A stretch of 64,000 bases of DNA from Octopus sinensis. Its lineage: Eukaryota. Below, piece by piece: positions 53,599 through 64,000 of the stretch. Under the pieces are notes generated by a model, which made no database searches, was not told where the DNA came from, and saw only the letters and a list, made by a program, of their open reading frames with translations. The stretch lies in NCBI RefSeq assembly GCF_006345805.1, contig NC_042997.1:64170001-64234000 (forward strand), read 5' to 3'. The stretch's first letter is position 1, and every line of letters starts with the position of its first letter. Position numbers and translations under genes: made by a program.

Positions 53599-55549
53599 TA
53601 ATAAAGACCTCTGGTGTCAAAGTATCACCCTCCAACGCCTATAAACCAATCTGCACTTACTACTTTGAGAACATCTCCGGAGGGAGACCAAAATTATCAA
53701 CTCAAGTTTTTCTTCAGACCAAGCCAATAAAGAAGAATTTTAGGAATGAATATGAGTATCAGAATCAATTTGCTCAGTATCTAATGCACTTCAAATGTTG
53801 CTGATGTCAATTTTGTTCTATTGCCTACTTCTAACTTGAGTGGGATTAACAAAGAAAAGGAAAAACTGTTTTGAGACTAGCTAGAATCAAATAGATATCA
53901 CCCTGTGAAAACATGTCTCTGTGTTAAAGAGAAGAATGGTTGAAACATTGAATATACCTAACTATACAAATATCGTGTTAGTTGATATTTATTAGTTCAA
54001 ATCACTATCTCGTTTTAATCTATGATAAAAAGATAGCAAGTAACCACCTTACATTCATATCTTAATAGTTATATTAGAATATATATTTGTCTTGCAATAT
54101 TTTTTGTGTGAAATCGTGTTGGAACAGATATTGGCTAAACTGGCAAAATGACCATTCCCAAATGCAACAATGTATTAGAATATATTCTGAAATAAATCTA
54201 TCACATGTAAATCATTTTCTTCAAGTTAGGCGAGCAATAAGATCTGAATATAAATGACACATATACTGTGATTTCTCATGTTTCCTTAACTATCAGAAAC
54301 ACTACATATCACACATCAACGTTTCATTTCAGGAACTACCCAGTTTCTAGGATGTGGATGTGAGCATTTTTGTAATATTGAATGAATTATCTTGCGACAT
54401 TTGCTCTGACTCTTTAGATCCTGAGGTCGATTCATGCTGATGTCAGATTCTATATTGGTTCTTCAGGTGTTGATAAAATAAAGGTTAATGTACTCATATA
54501 CTACAAGATATCATAACATTGAGTTTCAAATGGGTCATGTTTACGAGTCTTCGAGTGTCGTGGGTACACCTGTGCCTGCTCATGATTGCACGAGTCTGCA
54601 AATCTGTAGCAAAGACGTGGTGCATGCTGCTACCAAGCTCTACTATCTTCAAATGATAAATTTCCATATTTAACTGGCTAAATATTGCATTAAACAACAT
54701 ACATAATCAACAAAATATTTCGGTTTCAATCTATATCAATAAATAATATTCATGTTATTTCCAGATAAAAAAGATAATTAATTAGTACATGGGTTATAAA
54801 CCAGGAAATTGCTCTTGATGTATATTCATACCGAAATGTTGTGCTGAAGTATTTATCAATAAAAAAAATCTGAATCACCAAACATGTTCAATGATGTGGC
54901 AGGGCACTTGTGCCTACAATTTCTGCATCAATTTGACAGCTTGATGAGAAATGTTTCATATTTCCTTCATTTTTAGAATATAGCTATACCATGACCAACT
55001 TTCATTGAGACACACGAAGAGGCTGAACACAAATCTGAAAATTATCTGCATTCATCCTCACAATACAGGATCATACACATCTTGATCAACCTATTACGCA
55101 ATGGTCAAATTGAGTTGGTAGTTGATTTCTTTTTCTAGTGAGGCTTGGTCCTGGTGTCTTCTAACTTCCACCTGTTAGGATCAATGACGGACGGTTTTCG
55201 AAACGAAGGATACAGGCTGCGAGGTGAAATTATTTGTGAAGTAGTGTAACCAATATTCTACACATGATATATTCATTTCAAAATGGCGCTGTGAGTTCAG
55301 TCAAAGCATACCACAAATACCTCACTCTAAATACACCGTTGATTGTTATACTATCATTATGTACATCTTCATTGAACTCCATTACAAAACAAAATTAAAG
55401 GCCGTGCTCACTGTAATATTTGTGTATATTTAAATGCTTAAATATCTATATCAGAATGTAATTGGACCATTGTCAATGTACATCAGGGAACGTTGCATAC
55501 ATACATACACACACAACTCCTCCCACATACAACACACACACAAACAGTA

Positions 55550-55685
55550 TAAATATATATCCATATCTATCTATATCTATCTATCTATCTATCTATCTAT
55601 CTACCTATCTATCTATCTATTTATCTATCTATCTATCTGTATCTCTCTCTCATCTTTCTCTCTCTGTCTGTCTCTCTCTCTCTCA

Positions 55686-55744
<59 letters not shown>

Positions 55745-55828
55745 ATATCTGTACGTGTATGTATGAATATATGTGTATGACTGTACACGTGTGTGTATGT
55801 GTGTGTCTGTGAGCGTGTGTGAGTGCAA

Positions 55829-55893
<65 letters not shown>

Positions 55894-55900
55894 CGTGTGA
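55550..55900. repeat. (TATC)n(TC)n(TA)n(TG)n(GA)n compound microsatellite
   Basis: Direct reading. Confidence 0.95.
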
Positions 55901-56425
55901 AATAGAGAGAGAGAAGAGGTAGCTCAGATTTTGCAGTGACGTTTACAATGGAGTAGGCAGAACATAAATTTAAGGAGCTCAAATTCAAATACAAACTAAG
56001 AAATAATTGTAGTCCACACTCTAGAAAACTAATATGTGCGCATGACTACCCACAATATTTTATGCTGGAGGTCGTGTTTCGTTCTTTTTAAATGTAAAAA
56101 TTAACTTGTACAGAGTTCTGTGGAATGACTAGAGTTAGTTAAAAGTCTTCCTTGCTTTCGGGTAAATTTTATGATTATTTCCTAGACGAGAAAGTAATTA
56201 AATAATGCATTCGATAATTCCAAAATATGAAATAATTCAATAACTGCAGCAATGAAAAATAAATTCGTATTAGAAAGTGACTTTGAAATGCTATATCTTA
56301 TTTCATTCTTTATTCAGACACCAGCCCACACAGAGTGACACACGAAAATACATAAACATACATACATAAACATATATGCAGTCATGCACATGTATGCATA
56401 CACACATATGCATACATATATCTGC

Positions 56426-56517
<92 letters not shown>

Positions 56518-57360
56518 CTGTGTGCGTGTGTATGCATATATATATACAGAGAGAGGAGAGAAGGAAAGCTAAAGAGAAAGAGAGAGATATGTATGTATAT
56601 ATGTATGTTATGCCCAAAATGATATTTTATTACAAAAACATGGATGCAAATATATATATACACATCTTAAATTATATTTTCTAAGATTTTATGTATGTAA
56701 AACTGTTTGCCATTGAAAAACGCTCAGTTTTAATTCTTTCTTTTCAGCCTATCATGAAAAATAGGAGTGTAGTTTTATAATTATGTCTGCAGGAACATGC
56801 CGCTTACTATTTCAGAGGTAGTAACTTATAAATTTTTAGACGTTTGACTATTCTAGCTATAAACACATCCATTGAAGCATAAGTACAAATTATGCGCACT
56901 CTATATGTGCCTATATGTGTGTACATGTTTGTGTGTATATATGTGTGTGTGTGTGCTTGCATACTTCTGAATGTATTTTAATATACATATGTAGGTAAGT
57001 GAATAGTATAGAGATTTGGGCTGAGATAATCATTCAGCTGTCATCACAGGATGAAGAAGTTAATGAAACAGCTGTAAACCTATGGAAGTTAAATGGGTAA
57101 CTAAATATAGAGTCACACCTCATACCTCCTGAGTTTCCGGTATATTATATGTACGTATATGTGTGTGGGCGACTGCGTGGGTGTATGCGTACGTGTGTGC
57201 GTATATATGTACTTATGCACATATATATATGTGTGTATACAGATTTATTTGACCAAACTTGACTGTACCTCCTACATTTTACGTGAAGGATTCTGAAGGA
57301 TTCTGCATATAAATATATATAAATATAAATATAATTATTTACACACGTATATTCGTATCA

Positions 57361-57430
<70 letters not shown>

Positions 57431-58133
57431 CATGAAGTATATTTGCCACCTAAATGTGGCAGACCCATACAGGATGATGCTACTGTTGTTTATAGCACCA
57501 GGTAGACATCTCCTCCAGCTGGCTAAGACAAACTCTGTGTTTGACTAGCATTTGCGAAGGGAAATCTTCGTTCCTATCTCTAGCCTTACGTGATACACAC
57601 AGACCCGAGTTTCTGGATAGTAACCCGTCATCACAGACACAGGCACACAAACAGCGTGTTGTTAGCAAGCTGGAGGAGTTATAAACAAAATATGTATATG
57701 ATGAGAAAATTTGTATATTTACAAATATGTTGATTGGTTTATAATGAGAATTGAAAGTGGAGAAAGAAAAAGACGCTTTCTGGAAATGTAATTAAATTTC
57801 AGTGCCTTGACCAGACCAATACAATATAACTGAGCAGACACATCCCTCTGTCTATCCACTCCCCACCACTTTTCTTCTTCTTTCTCTTTTTCTATTGTCC
57901 TGTCCCTATCTTCCTAAAATTCCTCGCTTTCCGAAAAACCAAAACTTTCTCCTCTTCAAAACAAAATAGAACACACACCCGCTTGAAAAATTTGACTAAA
58001 AGAGCGAAAGCGCTAATAACGAATTTTAAAAAATTCTGACTGCCCCTTTCTTCTTTATATACAATATCTGTACAGTACTTCAAACACCCTATACATACAC
58101 ACACATATATATATATATATGCATACAATATAT

Positions 58134-58178
<45 letters not shown>

Positions 58179-59114
58179 CTATGTGTGTGTAAGGACAATA
58201 ATACGGGCAGGTGGTGTTATATTAAATAATATGCTTCAATAATTAAACCGCCACGCTAAACGAGCGACCGGAAAATTCACACCAAAAAAAAAAAACCTAT
58301 GAGCTCTTTCCTCGTCACATTTCGTTCAAAAATCCACCACCATTTCGTATGTGTATTTATATTCGTACATATTGCCATCTCTTTGTCTTGTGCATGAATT
58401 TTCTGTTCGTTCCTTTGCCTTGTTTCTGTTTAATCTTGGAAATTTAGATAATGTCCCACACAAACACATCCTATTGTCCCACTGAATATTAGGAATGTTT
58501 TGTGCGATATCTCTTCGTTTCTCTTTTCTCTTCCCGACTATTCTTTCCTCTCTCATCAACTATATGTTGATTTCTGTCTGTATACCCTCAACTTCTTTTC
58601 TTTCTTTTCTTCCACTACTATGCGACCCGTGACCATTCCATGTCTATTTTCAAGTACCCTTTGCTGCTCTTGCCATTTGCTTTCTTCTCTACTTTCAAAA
58701 CTGGATTTGTTATTTGACTGTTCGTTTCGTTCTGTCTTTCCATGTGTTCAGTTCACGTCTCCATTCCCAGAGGAAATTTTCAATTGCGTTACTTATACTG
58801 TTTCCACTTTTTCCATTGCACTATTTTTCCTATCCTTATCTCAGACCCGTGCGTCCTTTTTGGTATATTGTACATATTTCTCTTGTATATTTATATTCCT
58901 ATCCGCTACCTATGTTGTGATTATTTTCGTCACAGCCCACAACGTTCGCTCACTAATCCAAGAAGCAATTTTTAAATGCTGACGCCACCAGAGGTAAGCA
59001 ATATCGTTATATGCGACGAATTTTAATGATGTCTTGAATGATAAATTACGAGGAAAGATCAAGTCTATGTCTTGAATTTTCCGCTCGCTCTATTGTGATT
59101 GTTTAATTTTTGAA

Positions 59115-59219
59115 ACTTTATATATATATATGGATGTATATATATAATATATATATATATATAGATATATATATATATATATTATATATATATATATATA
59201 TATCTATATATATATATAT

Positions 59220-59262
<43 letters not shown>
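59115..59262. repeat. Long interrupted (TA)n tract
   Basis: Direct reading. Confidence 0.97.
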
Positions 59263-59264
<2 letters not shown>

Positions 59265-59267
59265 TAT

Positions 59268-60204
59268 TAAGAGGACAACGTTACGGCAAGACAAACATTT
59301 CAAGTCATATACGTTAATCTTATTGGAAAAATTAAAAATCTTACAGCTGCTTTTGCGATATCCCAGAATATGGGATATTCTATCATCGGAGACAAATAGC
59401 GAACATGAGAAGGGTATGGATTAATGAAATGTCAACACAGAGGGCAGGGGAAAAGGAATAAGGTGATGAAGAAAGAGAAGGAAAAAGAAGCATAAAAGTA
59501 CACAGTTCAAATTTCCGATCATGTAGAAGTAAATCCGTAAATTCGTAGGTATAATGCTGTGTAAATCCATGTAGGTTAAGTCCTAATAGTGTAAATATCC
59601 AGAAATAGACGCGAACATATCATTGTTCAATAACAGAATGGTAGATGAGTTTGGCTATTATATGGTAAAAAGAAAGAAGAATAAATAAACAGAATGAAAA
59701 TTAGAGAGAGTGAGGGAAGAAATTACGGATTAGTATTAGGGATAAAATAAGTTATATAAGGATATTGCGTAAATACATATAGTGTACAAAAATTACCAAG
59801 AAGATCAATAAATTAATAATATCCTATTACTTTACAAGAGAAAGAAATTCTTCCATCAATCTTACCTCCTCACTTTATGAGATAAATGTTAATTCTTTAA
59901 TTATTTTTTCAAACTTAACTAAATAAATCCCTTTAAATTTCATTCCTAAATAATATAACATTTAACTGGTTTTTCATTCCCGACTACATGCACACCCATA
60001 CCCCCATTGCTAGAAAAAATATTTCTATAGCCACTGACCTTAGCCATAAAACGGACACAAACACTTACGACTAGATTTCCACCCCAACCCCTACAGACTA
60101 GAACAATTTCACTGGCACCTACTATTCACTTTGAAATTCCTTTCATTTTACTATATTATTTTTTTACGTTACCTTCCTTTACATCCTCCATTCTCCTTAT
60201 TTAC

Positions 60205-60244
<40 letters not shown>

Positions 60245-60560
60245 TCTTGGTTATTTTTGTACACTATATTCTTATAGACTATATCCTCATATACCTTATT
60301 TTATCCTTCATGCCAATCATTAATTTCCTCACTCACTCTTTATACCTCTCTTTCTATTCATTTTTCTTTCTTTTTACCATCTAGTAATCACCTCCGCTCC
60401 TATTCTATTGACACGATCGCGTCTATTTGTGCATATTTACACTATAACTACTTTAACCTAGAAGCAATTGTAAGACTTTGAATTTTTCCAATGATAATAA
60501 CGTATATGACTTGAGATGCTCGTCTTGCCGTAACGTTTGCTGTCCTCTTTAACAATTATA
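59268..60560. repeat. Large diverged inverted repeat (arms ~59268-59806 and ~60241-60552)
   Basis: aagaggacaacgttacggcaagac...tcaagtcatatacgtta...ttggaaaaatt mirrors 60481-60550; atagtgtaaatat..aaatagacgcga and atatagtgtacaaaaattaccaagaagat mirror 60400-60445 and 60241-60270. Confidence 0.8.
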
Positions 60561-61639
60561 TATATAAAATATACGTGTTATATATAACTCGCAAATTATT
60601 CATGAGATCACAGAGGATCAAAGCAGAGCTACATACTTTATTGTCAGTAAAATTAAAATTAACACATTTCTTTTTATACCAAACTGTAGAAGTAAAAAGT
60701 CAAAAAGTTTATTACTAGAATTTATTAATGAATCCACAAAATTTGATATATTCGTATGATAAATATTTCTCTGGCATAATTGTACTGTGTCTTTAAAAGA
60801 GATATAATTTTTCCTTTCTGTATATATGCATGGGCACTTGTAAGTATGCGTGGTTGCATGTGTCTTATAAGAGAACTTACATTTAACGTCAGCTCATACA
60901 ATTATTGCATTTTTGTTCCATTATATGTATTTGCTTTACAATAAATATTATTTTCCTTCTTATGAGGACATTCAGAACACAGTTTCTTCTTTGACTCATA
61001 TATGTCACATTTATTTGACTGTGGCCTGTAATTTTATAAATCATTTTAGCATTGAGGGAAATACCTTGTAGTATATAAATTCTCCCAGTCGTCATTGGCA
61101 TTTACAGTTCATAGATCGATACAATGAGTGTTTGGGCAAATAACCAAATGAATAACAAGTTAAATGCTCTTGAGAGCCGTAGGATGGGGTGGATTACATT
61201 AATCATCCGAGAGCCAAAGAAATTTCCATGCAGTATTTAGTAACAATACTCCAAATTCCGTTTCCAAATCCCGCCAAAGCCAAATTTTCTTTTTAACACT
61301 GCAGAGTCACATGTAAACTATCTCTTTTATTCTTTATAAATTGAGACAATCTAATCGATTGATACTTGTGTCTTTCAGGATCCTATAAACAGTATATTAC
61401 TCCTGAAAATCTCGAACGAATTTTCTTTTTAATGTTGATAGCATAGCAACGAACAGAAGTTCATTTAATCACACAAGAAACAAGCCAAACGTAGAATAAT
61501 TTTAGGTAAAAAAAAATAATAAAATTCGTCTTTAAATCTATGTTAGAAATTGTTCCGAAATTATTTATTATTGTTATTGTTTTTATTATTATCATTATTA
61601 TTATTATTGTTATTGTTGTTGTTGCTGTTATTAGTATTT

Positions 61640-61848
61640 AAGGCGATAAGCTGGTGGAATCGTTAGCAGGTTAGACGAAATGCTTAGATGTATTTCGTCA
61701 GTCTTTACGTTCTGTGTTCAAATTCTGCCAAGGTTTATTTTACCTTTCATCTTTTCATAGTCGATTAAATAAATACCAGTGTCGCAATGGGGTCAATTTT
61801 AACGACTCAATCCTTTCTCCCAACCTGTCCTTGCGACAAAAATTGAAA
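61640..61848 (+). mobile_element. Family A SINE with (TTC)n tail
   Basis: aaggcgataagctggtggaatcgttagc head, gtgttcaaattc B box, family body, ending aattgaaa before the TTC run. Confidence 0.85.
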
Positions 61849-61849
61849 T

Positions 61850-61918
61850 TCTTCTTCTTCTTCTTCTTCTCCTTCCTCTTCCTCTGCTTCTTCTTCCTCC
61901 CCTTCCTCTGCGTCTTCT

Positions 61919-61950
<32 letters not shown>

Positions 61951-62010
61951 TTCTTCTTCTTCTTCTTCTTCTTCTTCTTCTTCTTCTTCTTCTTCTTCTT
62001 CTTCTTCTTT
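61850..62010. repeat. (TTC)n polypyrimidine microsatellite
   Basis: Direct reading; it is the source of the poly-K/R/F ORFs. Confidence 0.98.
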
Positions 62011-63717
62011 CCACAGAGTCTACATTTATAGGTGTCAGAAGTTTTATAGATGTTATACTTCTCTGAATTGGTAGCGAGAGCCTGGTCTTGTGCAACAATG
62101 ATCAGGCTTTCAGTGGTACGCTTCAAATCACCTCGCCCAAGCCATAGCCATGATGCTGTATTATCCTTAACGTCTTGTGGTTTCTTTTCAAACTGTCGAT
62201 GCATTCTTATTTCAAGAAGGTCTTCTTTTCACTACTCCTAAGCTCTTTGATTAACTCTTCCTTGCTCATCATTTCATATGCATTTACACCCATATTACAG
62301 CAGGTTTTCATCACAATATATTAAATATTCGGCAAGCTTTCTCCTTTCACTCCTTATACGATGGCCTATATTAATTAGTCCTCTGCTACCATTCTTTCTT
62401 TTCATATACAGTCTGTTTCGTTTGCTTTAGAGTGTAGCGCCCCATGCAGCATCATCAATTTCCTCTGACCACCACAACTGCCCAGATATTCATTGCGGTA
62501 ATCAAATTTTTAGCATTCAGGTTGGATTTTAACACCATCTTTACCCTTCTTGGATACACGTCCCTGACATTGACTTTCATTTCTCTGTGCAGAATGTGAT
62601 CCAGTTCCAGAATCACTGAATATCTATAACCAGTCCTATGCAGGCTGATTTCTCCCCTCTTTTCCTATTAATTACAGAGCATATGGTAATCCCAAATTCC
62701 ATACTCATATCCCTACCACATTTCTGGATTGTTTTGGTTAAGGAATCTTATCTATTTTTCAGATTCCCCAAACAATTTCACGTAATCCATAAACAGAAGG
62801 TGGTTCAATGATGGGCCTTTCTTCCAACATCAGTAACCCATCTTAACTTACCTTAACTAAGTTTCATTGTTATGGGTATATGTGCAATTACAAAATTGTA
62901 CCGAGAGAACGAGTTACCTTGGAAGATTCACCCTTTTAATATTAACTCCTCCAAGGAATACATTACTTGAGTACAATTTGGTTTTCCACTCTTTCATGTT
63001 ATTCATCAGAAAATTTGTGATGTTGTTAGTAACACCAAGCATCTGCAGGCATTCAACGATCCAAGAATGAGGCACGATATCATATGCCTTCTTAAAGTCA
63101 ATCGACGTCATAGACACGTTTGCATGATGTCTTTTTTAATGCCTGAAATTTGTTTTATCGATGACCAGGTGATACTCGGTACCCTGAGAACTCTTCCTTG
63201 GTAGTATTTGTTCCCTGGGTAGTATTTCTTCCTGTGTCACGGAAATATGTCTTTGCTACACATATTCCAGAGAGTATCTTCTAGATTATGTTTAGGAATG
63301 TAATGGGGCGATAGTTTACCAAAATATTCCCCTTTCTTCTATTTTTCATCAGAACTACTGTCCTCCCAGTCACCACCCACGGTGGGAATGTACCTTTCTG
63401 GACACACTCATTCAATTGTGCTGCTAGTCTTTCATGCACTGCGTGGTATCGTTTCAGCCAGAATCCCATCTGGTCTGGGGTCTTTCTCGTTATGCATTTT
63501 ACCCACTTGTTCTTTCAATTCACCCGTGCTTATGACAACATTCCTTTGTTTCTTTCCTCCTTGTAATTTTGTCTTGATAGATCCTATCCACATTGCATCC
63601 CTTTTATGCATCATATTCTTTCCCCCCATAATCCGTTCCAAAATCCTTGGTTTGATTTGCATCAGGAGCAACATTTCCCTCATTGTCTCTTTCTAACGTT
63701 CGGAAGAATTGCTCCCC
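62011..63717 (-). mobile_element. R4/Dong-type LINE remnant truncated at both ends
   Basis: DPRPDGI, GFWLK, VNYRPITFLNII, IDFKKAYDIVPHSWIVECL, NHLLFMDY (~62790), WLGRGDLKRTTESLIIVAQDQAL...CRLCG (ORFs 63432, 63281, 62914, 61755). Confidence 0.92.
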
Positions 63718-63747
63718 ATTCTTCTTCTTCTTCTTCTTCTTCTTCTA

Positions 63748-63778
<31 letters not shown>

Positions 63779-63802
63779 TATTATTATTATTATTATTATT
63801 GA
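63718..63802. repeat. (TTC)n(TTA)n microsatellite
   Basis: Direct reading. Confidence 0.97.
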
Positions 63803-64000
63803 GTGCAAGAGCAGTGAATACAATAGCAGTAACACTGAGGCACAAATACCCGAATCACCAGTATACCTATCATTACTACCACGCTGATTAGGATACGCCA
63901 GCCACAGGCATCGCTATCATATGTGAATGGGATTGAAATATCTGGCTGAATGTTAGCCGAAGAGATTTTCTAATTAGATAGTAATCTATATTTTATTACT

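Overview
AT-rich, repeat-dominated eukaryotic genomic DNA, most likely intronic or intergenic. The SINE families and the density of (TA)n, (TTA)n and (CAT)n microsatellites match what I recall of Octopus (cephalopod) genomes; this is recognition, not a search result. No intact protein-coding gene, rRNA, real tRNA gene, CRISPR array or TnpB/Fanzor-like ORF could be supported. The window contains decayed retroelements (Penelope-like with GIY-YIG, a CR1-group LINE, three R4/Dong-type RLE LINEs, RTE-like remnants) and decayed DNA elements (mariner copies and a MITE, a hAT-like transposase N-terminus, two Helitron-type elements). It also has about 20 tRNA-derived SINEs of four families and two near-identical tandem duplications bounded by (TA)n tracts. 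The most interesting structure: (1) SINEs stacked at one site and separated by repeated copies of the same 15-16 bp target sequence (27192-28225, with a second case at 11509-11977); (2) inverted-repeat elements in (TA)n tracts whose arms carry minimal type-I hammerhead-shaped motifs, all with defective cores; (3) a speculative chain of small minus-strand exons that joins in frame into a hydrophobic peptide.
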